The position numbers and the translations under genes are program-made. DNA of 19,813 nucleotides from Bugula neritina (taxonomy: Eukaryota > Animalia > Bryozoa), in contig CAXIUT010000292.1 in the NCBI GenBank assembly GCA_964035545.1, positions 1 through 19,813 of the forward strand, in the 5' to 3' direction. Below the pieces are notes generated by a model. That model ran no database searches. It was not told the DNA's origin and worked only from the letters and a program-made list of their open reading frames with translations. Shown here one piece after another: positions 1 through 11,155 of this stretch (its first letter is position 1; the number at the start of each line of letters is the position of its first letter).

Positions 1-63
1 CCCAACCCCAACCCCAACCCCAACCCCAACCCCAACCCCAACCCCAACCCCAACCCCAACCCC
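1..63. repeat. Left telomere, (CCCCAA)n
   Basis: Perfect C4A2 array at the window start; Tetrahymena-type repeat in the correct orientation for a left chromosome end. Confidence 0.98.
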
Positions 64-136
64 TTAAAAACTATTAACTACAGTTAAATAATGTTGTTAT
101 TTTATTGATTTAATTATAATGCCTTTAATCTATGAA

Positions 137-2107
137 TCATATGTTGAGACTAGTCTGAATTCTGCTAGGAAGCATCCAAGCAAAAACAAAACTGGCACTT
201 CTTTCTTTTCTCTCTCTATTTTTCTCAATTACTCTATCTTCATAGGCTTTCAGTTCTTTCAAGGTAGCAGTAGCGATTTCTTAGACTTGACTGTAGCTCT
301 TGGATAATTCTGGGTCATTTTTGTGTTTCATGGCTTTGAAAGCAGCAGCTTCCATTTGTCTTCGAATGTTATCCATCAAGTAGTTGTCTGAGTCTCTTTG
401 GGTGGTAGCTGAGGTGAGTTTAACTGCTTCCATTATTATTTTTGAGTCTGGATATTCCTGTCCAACGATCAGATTTCCCCATTCAGTTTAGTTTGATGGT
501 ATATCATTTTTTAGCATAGGAGGTCTAAGAGTTTTAGTTAATCCAACGCTGATATCTGAAAAGGTGTGACTGTGGAAGCCAACCCAACAGAAACAGAGGT
601 TTTGAATTGTTTTCAAGACTTAATCTTTATTGTTGAGTCCAGGTCTTGGACTTCCTCCTTTAATTCCCATATGTTGAGTTTGTTCATTAATTTCTTTCAT
701 TAATTCATCTGCTTGTTTTTTGATATTGAAGGCATTGTAGACTCCTTAGACATATTTGGAAAGGATAGCATATAATTGAAAATCAAAATTCATTTTTTAG
801 AAATATTGACTCACCTCTTCTTTACTAAGTCCTTGATTTCTAGTTATATGGAGTGGGTCAAACTAGTAAATCTTGAGTCTGTTGCTAGTTGCAGCAATAA
901 TACTAACCACATGATCTTGAGAGAGGTTGAGAGATTTATTGACAAGAGATATCTTTTCAATTGGGTGGACTAGAGATGCAGTAGCTGCCACATTGACTCC
1001 TTCTAAGCCACGGTTGAACATGGAGTAGCTGGAATTGAGGAATCCTTAGAAATTTCTTTGTTATTTGTTCTTTAAAGTTGATAAATATTTATACATAGGA
1101 ACGTTATATTGGTTGGTAGTGAAGTGGAGGCAACCAAGATGAGTTCTCATGTTAAAGTCATTGGTTGCAATTTGACCCATGTGAGATTGCACCAATCTCC
1201 ATAGCCTTTATCCTTGGTTGGAAAAGAAAGGAGAAAATATTTTGGCTTACCCTTTGATTCTAACTCCAATAGCAATGCAAATATATCCGAATTCTTTTTC
1301 TGAGATATTTATTCTCATGAAGATAGGGTATGGGACATGAAGATAGTGTTTTTAATCAAGTCGAACATTATCACAGTAGATTTAGGGAGTTTGAGAGATG
1401 ACATCTCCTTGGGAAATTTCTTATAAGTCTTCAAATAACATGGAGTAGATTCCATCATTGGCTTCAACTCTTTTGATTATTTAGTCCTTAGAAAGTCCAA
1501 ATTTAGAGGCGTTATCATTCCATATTTAAGTTTTTAATGATTTTTCAAAAGCAGATCGATATGCTTGATCAACTTTTTTGCTCTCAGGTCTTTAGTAAAA
1601 GTCAACTCCATATTTTCTAACTATATATGAGATATCTCCATTGACCATGCTATCAGCAAAGATCAATTCCCTATCACAGATGTAGTTCACTTCATTTAAA
1701 ACACCAAACTTTTATTCAGCTCTCTAGATGTTTTCCATCTCTCCAAGGTGGATGGTGTCAGTTCCTTTGGCCATTCTGAGGGCAGCTTTGGGTCGATCAA
1801 GGTGGGAATCAACTTAGGCTCTTTCTTTTAGACCAGCAGCAGTCAATGTGAGGAGAACTTGCTTGACTACCATGTAAAGTTGTTGTTTGGATTTGCCTGG
1901 GTTAGTGTAGCGATTGGGAAGGGGGAATTGAAGTTTATCATTTGGAGATTGGAGTTTTAAAGGTCTCCTGAAGAAGGTGGCAACTTAGTGTTTGATATTA
2001 GCTCCAACAATGGCAAGGACTCCACCCACAGTGACACTACTTTCTTTGGTTTTTCTGAAGATCTTTTAGTTGATAAAAGAGAAAACTTTGAAAAGAAATC
2101 CTGACAT
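137..2107 (-). CDS. Lipoxygenase-family dioxygenase, divergent, 656 aa, intronless
   Basis: Open for 657 codons with TAR=Glu. Motifs: IFSP...LWRLVQ; iron-ligand HLGCLH (H-x4-H); VNVAATASLV (cf. INALARxxLI); LYAILSKYVEGV; third ligand His in WVGFHSHTF; C-terminus WMLPSRIQTSLNI-TGA ending in the canonical Ile. Confidence 0.85.
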
Positions 2108-2330
2108 TTTTTGAAATATCCTAATATTATATTCGGATACTTGGAATAAACTATATCAACAGTCCATTAATTCAGTATTATAATTATAAAAATTCAAAAG
2201 ATAAAAATTCAAAGAAAATATGATAAACTCAATGTAGTTTAGCTAAAAAATCATAATATTCAATATTTTATCTCTATTTAATAATTATTTAAAGAAACTA
2301 TTTATTAGAAACGAATAGTAATTAAACAAA

Positions 2331-4778
2331 TCAGAGCGTAATATTTTTGAATTTTTAGAACAGCCGGTTATAATTATAGTCTATTCCTTCAGAAATAGGT
2401 ATGAAAGGGATGTTATCCTAACTAAGTTATCTACCTTCATCATTATCCATCATTTAGCTAAATCTGTTGTTTAGTCCGATCTGTACCAGTACATTATCTT
2501 TCTTTTTTTCATCTTGTTGCTTCTTTTATAGATTTTTTCTACTTTTGAAATGTTTATCACTTTTTAGTTGAATTTTTTTAGCTGTTTTTTGAGGTTAAGT
2601 AAATAAAACTCCTTTTAAAATTTAATCAAAATTAGGTTCTTTATCTAAATACATAGCTAGAGATAGATTATAGAAGAATAATTGGTTATTAAAGGGAAAT
2701 ATCTCCTTTAACATACGATAAATATATTAATTAGCAAATTAACTGGGTTCATTAAATTCCTAGCTGATTTATACATCTCCTGAACCCTTGAGGATATGAC
2801 TTAATCTTTTCGTCGCCCATTTCATGTTTTTGACATAGTTTTTTTGTTAAATAATATGAATGTAAGATTTTATTTTATGTGTTGCTTCTTTTGAAAAAAC
2901 ATCTTCTTGCATAAGTTTTTTTAAAGCTCTAGCTTTTCTTTTAGCTGTGAGTAGACAATCTTGTTTGAGTACGACTAATCCTGGTAAATTATGATCGATG
3001 ATATTTTCTTATAGCTCTTTGATGTTTTGGTGATGTGAGGTTATCATGGATGCCATTTTTTTGAGGTAGAAGCCCATGTCTTAGGAAGGACATTTATCTG
3101 AATCATTTTATTAATCTATGTAATCATTTTAGATGACAAAAGTGGGTTTAAGGAGGATTTAATGGCTCATTTTTCTGAATTTTGCTAGTTGCAATTTTCT
3201 TTTTTTATTATTTTATTTAGAAGATTAGTCAACAAAGAAGGTTCTATTTTTATTAATATTATTATTATTGATTCTATTAGTATTATTATTATCACTAGAT
3301 TGATTTTATTCTTCGACAGTTTATGTTATTTAATTATTTTATTTAGCATATATTGATTTTTATTTTTTGAATCCGCTTTATTTCTATAATTAGTCTATAA
3401 AATTATTATTGGTTTGAATGCTTGATCTTCTGCTATTTCTTTTTGATTTTATTTGGTATTTTAGTAAAGATTATTAATCTATACCTAATGATTATTATTA
3501 GGATTTGTCACGTTGTGATAGCTATTTATCCATTAATTTCATTATTTACTATAATTTCTATAATTTTATTTTGTTTTGTTATTGTTCACTATCCTGCCTT
3601 TTATTCAAAGAATTCAAAGGATTCAATGGATTCAATGGATTCAATGGATTCAATGGATTCGATGGACTAGATTGACTCGAGAAGTTGGATAATCTAGGTG
3701 TTTATTGTATGATATTATTTCTAATTTTATTGAAGACTTTATTTTTGATTTATTCTAGTATTTACTAATCAATCTGATGTATATGATTTTGTATGTATTG
3801 ACAATTCTAAATAAAGAGTTCTAAATTTTGTTCTTGTAGATGATTGATAAGTGAGTCATCAATTTAGTTACCATCTTATATATTTTTAATAATTTTTTGT
3901 ATAATTAATTTATGAGATTGTATTTTCTTTTTACCTAGATGACTATCTCTCGATGGTCTCATTTTATGATTAAATTGGGTATAATATTTATTACTTCTCG
4001 ATGATGAATTCATCTAATTGTTTGTTTTATTGAATTTACCATTTTTATTTCTGATTAATCTTTTGAAATGTTTTTATTGAATTTGATCGAATCTTTAGAC
4101 ATAGAAATTAGCAAATTATCTATCTTTTACTAGACTATTGACATGATTTGATATGATTTGTTTTTATTTGTTTTTGTTTTTATATAAATATTAGAATATC
4201 TATCGAACTGAATGTTTTACTATATGTTTGCTTTTTATTTTATATTTTTTATCCTGAAGAAGCAACAATTTATGATCATTTAGAAACTATTCGAACATGG
4301 AGTTGTAGTGTTACTATTTTTATTATTCCTTTATTTTATCTAGTCTTTCTCTAAACTTTTTTTATTCATTCTATCGAAATCGATACCTATATCTGTTTTA
4401 TTTGGAATTCGACAGATTTGTTAATCTGTTGCTTGGTCTTTCGATTGATGATGGCTCGTATTCTGATGGTTGAGATGGTGTGGAGGGATATGGGGTTGAG
4501 TTTGCTGTGTAGTATTTTCTTTTTTGGTATTGGAAGTGATTGGTGTTGATTTGTTTTGTTCTTTTGTGGAAGGGGCATTTGCAGTTGGTTTTATTGCAGT
4601 TGCTTTTTGGATAGAATGGGGATAGTATCTTCAGATCTGGTTGGTTTAAAACGTTTACGAGTTTGTCTGTTATTTTGGCTGATGTTTTTTGATTTATTTG
4701 TTGTTTTATTTGGTTTTATGATTGTGGCTAAGGTGAGGTCTTATATTTTGATATAAACCATTCTTTTACTTTTTCCAT
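2331..4778 (-). CDS. Uncharacterised K/N/E-rich protein, 815 aa
   Basis: ATG 4778 to TGA 2331, 816 codons, no in-frame TGA found under table 30. Contains a CNKTNCKCPFH cluster and (NPL)n repeat; no family recognised. Confidence 0.75.
3603..3665. repeat. 9-bp tandem repeat (ATTCAATGG) x7, coding (Asn-Pro-Leu)n on the minus strand
   Basis: Four perfect and three degenerate units, in frame within the 2331-4778 CDS. Confidence 0.9.
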
Positions 4779-4925
4779 TTGTTTTTATTCTATTATTAAA
4801 TCATCCTAATATCTACTTAATCTTTAAATAATTCAAATTATATTGAACTAATATTCAAGTAATTCAAATATTATTCAAAAGAAATAATATGGTTTTACTA
4901 TGCCTGATGTACTATAATATATTAC

Positions 4926-7900
4926 ATGGCAAGTCCATATTAGAAGATCTTGAAACGTGCAGGCGAAGCTGATATCAAACGCGGTGGTCAGTTCAAAAAC
5001 AACATCCATAGAATATCGTTCTAGGATTCTGATGATAGTTAGAGAATAGACATTCCGAATATATTTCTCTAATAAAGATAGGTGAAATAGTAAAGGTATA
5101 AGGCTCCTCTTCCCAAAAAGAAAAAGAAAGAAGTGATACCATAAAAGCAAGAGAGCGCTCAATAATTTAATTTTTCTAAGAGTCCTGTCAAAAACCAATC
5201 AAAGCGGGTGCAGGCAATAAAATAGCCTTAGATGTAGGTGTAGGAGTAGTAGGTAGCGGAGTAGCCATCGTAGATAATGCCGCATTCATCGTTATCGATG
5301 TTATAGGTGATAAAATTGAATTTGGGGGAGTTGCTTTTCAATAACCGCTATCCTATGAAGAAAACAATCTATATAAATAACAATAATTAGTAGTAGAACT
5401 AGATCAACCAAAAATAGTATCTGCTCAAAAATAAATCATAACGTTAAATTATACATTACGATAATACTTTAACGATTGGTTCGGTTCTGTATTGGACCGT
5501 ACTTCTTTTTAGAAATTTGTTCTGCTATCTCTATATCTATTGCTGGATTGGCTTGATTGTGCTATACCTAGTAGCTTAGAAAATGCTTGTCTAGAGGGAT
5601 ATACAGTATGGCGTTGATTCTGTTTCTATGATTGTTATGCTGGTGTTGGCGATAGTTGTTCAGTTGGTGAGTGATTGGTTGGGGTTCAGGAAGCGGAGGA
5701 GTTGGGATTAGAATAATTTGGAGTATCGGATTTATCATCATAATGGGCATCTGGCTGAATGGATCAATACTAAAGCTACCTAGATTAAGGCAGGGAATAT
5801 ATATAAAGTTAGCAGTAGTGAGGTGTTTCCTTGTGATTGCGTGTTGATCCATTCTGAATGTTCTTTGGTTAGAATCAACTAAAATTCAGTGGTATCTCAT
5901 TTGGTATAGCATCCATCAAAGGTGGTCCTGAAGTAGAGTATAATTAAAAATGAGAGTTCTCCTTTGCCGATCTCTGGTTCTCTATTCTACTAGATCAACA
6001 ATCCTGAATATAGAAACTATCAGATCGTTGGCAAGTTGAATTTGGAATAGCCATCGAAGGTGGTGCATGCTGTTGGTCAGATAAATGTAGTTTTACGAGG
6101 TAGTATCAATGCTAGTGGTCGAGATGTGACATGTATGGCTTTGTAGACGGGCGTTGATTCTATTTTTATGAAGAATATGCAGTATCCTTTCGCTCAGAGG
6201 AAACAGTATGAGTATACTTCTGTTCGTAAGATGAAGGAGATTCGGGAGGAGGTGAGTGAGGAGATCAAGGAGTATGAGGGGAGTTTGCTTGGTTGTGTGA
6301 TCTAGAAGAAGGTGGAGGGAGTGGTGTGGTATATGTTTTTATTGTATTTGTTGATGGTGGGAGTAGGAGTGTTGAGTAAATTTGCTTTTGGTCTTACCAC
6401 GTCGAATTAGTTCTTTTTGGGAAGCGGGGAGATCTAGATTTGGAAGGTTATTATATACTATAGTACAGGGTATATGATAATGATCCCTTTGTTTTTGTAT
6501 CCGATATTTAGACTGTTTGTAGTGATGTCTGGTCATCTGAGTGAATCTAATATATCAAGCAGAGCGATTTAGATATGTTCATAGCGTGAGAGAGTTAGAA
6601 ATAGTTTAATTTAGTAAAATTAATCTAAAAATTAATAATTGTTGGATAATAAGAAAATAGTGTTTCCGCTAATGATAAAAGACTACAACATTTTGCCATA
6701 ACTATGTAAAATAGATACGATTATCACATCTATTGATACATTCAGAGACAATTCGGCTTATATTTTGCATTCTATACGGGTCAAAGAACTCAGTCATAAC
6801 TTCATGACCAACACTCTTGACAACTAAATGTATAGCATATCAGATATTGAACTATTGAAACATTTCATGTCGGTGGCGCTTCTGTCATCAAGTAGTGATC
6901 ACCTTCAGAGAGAGCCTAATAGCTATGATGCGGGTATCGAGCATGCAAGTAGAAAATATTTCGATTTGCAAAAAAATAAAAACGCGATGGGAGAGACTGT
7001 TATCAGCGGTGACCAATTCGTAGTGAAGGAACTCTTTCAGATAGATGCTACTTATGAATATCCATACAAAGTGGTGTTTTTGGACCCTGCTAATGACGAT
7101 ATTGAAGATGAAAACAAAAAGATACTTGTGTGATTCGTGGGAAATACTAAAGTGATACTTGATAAATGTTATGGTAAAGAGGTGAGATTTACTTAAGAAT
7201 CTAAGCGGTTGTAGGAGTAGAAAGGATATCATGTGGAATTGTTGGCTAAGTTGAGTTTGCACCATTTTGGATGCTCAATAAATAAAAAGAGCATATTTTT
7301 CACATTCTATGGATAAAACTATATTCTACAAAAATTTTGGATAAATATATAAGTAAAGTAGAATCGATGGGATTACTGATCTTTGTCAACCAATTTTACC
7401 AGAAAAAGATCGGCGATTCTCTTAAAAATCCAGTTCTTAACAAATCTAGCATGAATTTCCAAACTCATCGAAATAGTCATCAAATGATATCTTATCTGCC
7501 CCCATGATGCCAAATATCATCATCCTATCGCCTCTATCTCAATCGAATCAGCCATAATTTTAGTCAATTCATACAATAACTAACCTCTTGATAAGTCCTT
7601 ATATATTTAATTTGGGTTTATCTGAGGTGGGAGATAAAATACTTCATGAGAAGCCCTCGGATATGGACCGGATGTTTGACTAGCTGTAGGATCAGAGGTT
7701 GATGGTGTGGAATGGATGGGACCATAAAGATATAGATTATAGTATTGATCTAATGCGATTGTACGGTCGAAATATGCTTTGCTATCTTGAACGGGATGAA
7801 TACATGCATGTAGCTAGAAGATGGGATGTTCGGTTAGTGGTGGTCATACAGGTTACGATATATCTAAATTTTCAGATATATAATTTTCATCTAATTGTTC

Positions 7901-8609
7901 TGTAAGTTATCTGTATTTGTTGCAACTGATTCGTTATGATTCTATTTTGGCAAGATCTGGGTTGATAAGTATCTTGATGACTCAGGTGGGCAAGTATATA
8001 TTTTATATTGTTGTTTAGTTGGTTAATATCTTTTTTACGAGGGGGACTGGTTTGTTCGTGGTGAGGAGTGGGTTGTTTGTGGTGGTAGAGTTGGTTTTTG
8101 CTGGTTGATGTGTTTTATTATCTTAATTGGAATGATGCGGGTCGGGCATCGACTTTTAATAGAAAAGCTACTTATCTTAGATAAATTGGTTTGAAAGTGT
8201 TGTAAAAAGTGTTGCAGGCTTTGTTTATCGTGCTTATTACATTTTATGCCACTCAACTCCTCAAAGTAGAAATGGAACCACTCATAGCTATCATTTTACC
8301 TACTTCTCAATTGTCTTCACAATGATTCATGTACTTATTCTAGAGAAGATCTTCAATTTTTATATACAGAGTCTATCTATCTACAAAATGGTAGTTGTAG
8401 TTATCCAATTGGCTTTAGTGTATATAGGTTTTATGATTATATCATTGGTTGATAAATATGACTACAAAGGTATTTTATGGGGAGCACTGGGAGAAGCAGG
8501 AGTGTTTATAACTACTACAGCTTGTACATGGATATGTTTGACTTTGCCGGCGCTTAGAATTCTTTGGAATTTGCTCAAAATCAAAGGATTGAGATCAAAG
8601 AAAAATTGA
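4926..8609 (+). CDS. P4-type ATPase (flippase)-like membrane protein with degenerate catalytic motifs, ~1220 aa
   Basis: Ordered P4 landmarks: TM1-2; IKAGNIYKVSSSEVFPCDCVLIHS (actuator); NVVLRGS...ALETGVDS; TM3-4 with MIPLFLY (cf. IPISLY); LPELCKIDTIITSIDT (cf. EELGQVEYIFSDKTGT); SDIEF; C-terminal TM bundle; TGA 8607-8609. Needs ~6 one-base corrections (7265-8265) and has an in-frame TGA at 7131. Confidence 0.75.
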
Positions 8610-8658
8610 TTGATTATCCATTTTGTATAAATAATAATTATGAATATTGATAGGCTGA

Positions 8659-9816
8659 TCATAATTTGATTTCCATGCATTTGCTTTTTCTAAAATTTTA
8701 TTTACAGGTCTAATTCGGTAGTGAATCGCAGATGACATTGAGATCGGTTTATGAAAGTTGTTGCTGCCGATGTATATTTATCTTAGAGAGTTAGGAGATT
8801 GCAGGTAAAGACAGAGTTTCTTACTGTCATTGTTGATAATAAGTTTGCTTACATGTCTAGTACTTTTAAACTTGTGTTGAAAGTCAGGTCTTTGAAGAAT
8901 TTGGCTCCTGCTTTATCATCGATAGCATTTAATTTTAAACTTAGATGTTCTAAAGTTGAGTTCAGTTTAAGGGCTTGGGCCAAATAACGAGATCCATCGA
9001 ATCCGATGCAGTTGTTTCCCTAGGTTGAGATGGGTTAATATTTGATTTCTAATGAGATATTTTGCTAATTTTCTTGATCCTTAGTCACCTAATTTGTTAT
9101 ATGATAGGTTGAGTTAGACTAGACTGGTGTTGAGAGATAGTCCTGGAGCGATGAGTTTGAAGAGTTAGTCGTCGATGAGGTTTCCTGTCAAATTGAGAGA
9201 AATCTACCTTACATGATAGATACCAGATTTGATGAGCTTTTAAGGGTTTATGATAAATCTCTTGCTTCTGTAAACTTCATTCCTACTATCTTTTTTTTAT
9301 AATCCATGTTTTTACCTTCAGCACAACGAATTTTCAAATTGATCAGGTTGTATAGATATTGACAGACCTAATTGATATTCAAATCTGGAGCATTTATTTT
9401 AATTTATAGAGTAAATATCCAGGAACTAAGCATTTTAACTGTTTGTAGAATTTTTGCACGTTATTCTTTGTAGCTTTAACAGTTCTAAAGCAATTTCTAA
9501 ACATGTTTCTACAGATATGCTATTTTATAGCTAAACCCATGATCTTCTAATTTGATAGAATGAGCAATCTTGTTATTTTTCTGGCAACAAGCCTTCCAAT
9601 ATTTTTATTGAGTGATATGTGGGGCAGCTATTAAAACTGAATCTTAATTTTATCCTCCCCATTCGATTGATTTCTAAATGATCTTGATCATAGATAAAAT
9701 ACTGTTTATTTGAGGCGTTCAGAGAGGCCGGTGAGTTCCGGGTAGAGATGATAGTTTTTAGCGACTACTTGAAGGGCAAGGGTTTGCAGAGTTGGGAATT
9801 CTTTTTTTTAAATCAT
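8659..9816 (-). CDS. DRC5: Dynein regulatory complex subunit 5 (TCTE1-like), LRR protein, 2 introns
   Basis: FPTLQTLALQVVAKNY, EKYWKACC and HGFSYKIAYLEKHVEKLL match the TCTE1 N-terminal pattern; then 28-residue RI-type LRRs (LNLSYNKLGDEGSRKLAKYL). Three one-base shifts (~9018, ~8824, ~8755); 3' end approximate. Confidence 0.8.
9204..9223 (-). other. 20-nt spliceosomal intron (DRC5 intron 2)
   Basis: GTATCTATCATGTAAGGTAG; removal restores LRR NL|ISLNLTGNLIDD. Confidence 0.85.
9683..9702 (-). other. 20-nt spliceosomal intron (DRC5 intron 1)
   Basis: GTATTTTATCTATGATCAAG; contains an in-frame TGA, and removal restores the frame leading to EKYWKACC. Confidence 0.85.
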
Positions 9817-9870
9817 GTATTATAATTCAAACAAGAAAGTTATCTATTGAGAAATATTCATATCAAATGA

Positions 9871-10982
9871 TCAGTTGGTTCTTGCTAGTCCTCTTCGATC
9901 GAATCGATAGTTTTCAAAAACAGAACCCATCAACATCACATATTGTTATATGTTCATTACTGCGTTTTCATCTCCATTTGCTAGTAAAAATAGAGATTTG
10001 ACTGTTTTTTATGATGGACCTACGGGTACGATAGCTGTAGTTGCATCTTTGACTACTTGTAAAAATAGTTGTAGATCCATTTGTTGATCTTTGAGGTTTG
10101 TTACATTCACGTAGAATTCACAGAAGTAAAAGGGAACGATGAATAGTAAAAATTATTCATATTAGAGGTGCATTCTTTGAGACATAACAAGAGAAGCGAT
10201 AGGTTATATTTCTTGTTCTGAAGCTTGAAGCACCTGACTGACAAATCTTTATAATTCTTATTTTTAAAACCTTAATTTCCTGTTATAATCCATTTGCATT
10301 GCTGTTATTTTAAGCTGAGTATAAATTAATTTAGCTAACTTGTCTCCTGCTCCATTGTCGATATCAAATGGAGTAATTTACTTTGTAGGCGTGGGAGGTA
10401 TTGATTATTTGATAGGCGATGCGCTTTTAGATCCAAAATATTCTTTTAGGAAAACGAAGTAGTCTTCATAACTGATGAATCCGTCTTGGTCTAGATCGAC
10501 TTCACTGAAGAGGAGTTAATATGTGTTGTTGGGTGCGTGTATGCCTAGAGGATTGAGTGAAAATTATAAAGTTTTAGCAAATTATTCTAAATTCATTTTT
10601 CTTTTATCTCCTTGCGAATATGTCTTCTTACGGTGTAAACGTTGTATGGCCAGTTCTCCAAAATGTTGCTAAACACAAAAATTAATTCTAAAATATCAAT
10701 ATTTTTACAAATTATTCATAGGTTACGTGGTTGTCTCCATCTCTATCGTATCTGAAGACGTTTTGGATAACATAGTGGAGTTCATTTGGATTTTAGTCTA
10801 AAATTTATATCATTGCTTTTGATATTTATTACTGGTCGAAGAGTTTGTTGTTGTCTGTGTCGAATTTGACCAGGATTTAGGTCATGTAGTGAGCGGACGT
10901 GGTGGCAAAAGGAGTAATCAGAAAAAGTAAATTTATTGTATTTTGAGGTAATATGCCCTTGAATTCGTTAAGCTTGAGTCAT
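9871..10982 (-). CDS. Multi-EF-hand calcium-binding protein, 1 intron
   Basis: EF loops DTDNNKLFDQEE, DRDGDNHVTYEE, DLDQDGFISYED plus degenerate ones; TGA at 9871-9873. Start is ATG 10982 (needs a +1 shift near 10890) or ATG 10885; one extra base beside the intron acceptor. Confidence 0.8.
10688..10708 (-). other. 21-nt intron (EF-hand gene)
   Basis: GTAAAAATATTGATATTTTAG directly after TYEEF; the frame still needs a one-base correction. Confidence 0.65.
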
Positions 10983-11155
10983 TATTATTCAAATAAATAA
11001 ATTTATACAAAAATCTTTATCAATTTATTTCTCTATATTTTAAGAATTTATTGAATTATGATTTGATTGGAATATTATGGTTTGATGATAGATTTTGATC
11101 AGAAGTATAGTATTATCCCTTTTTATTTATATAATTTTTGATAACAGTATAGAAA

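Noticed and set aside
64-136. Conserved chromosome-breakage motif next to telomeres
   Set aside because: No shared motif at a fixed distance among the three subtelomeres beyond AT-richness.
1213-1250. GTAAGCC...AAG intron in the lipoxygenase
   Set aside because: Reads through in frame as GEAKIFSPFFSNQGE, matching the LOX IFxP motif.
3603-3665. CRISPR-like or regulatory repeat
   Set aside because: No spacers; it is a simple in-frame coding minisatellite.
8805-8824. Non-canonical 20-nt GT-AC intron in DRC5
   Set aside because: Removing it would break the 28-residue LRR period; a single missing base restores it.
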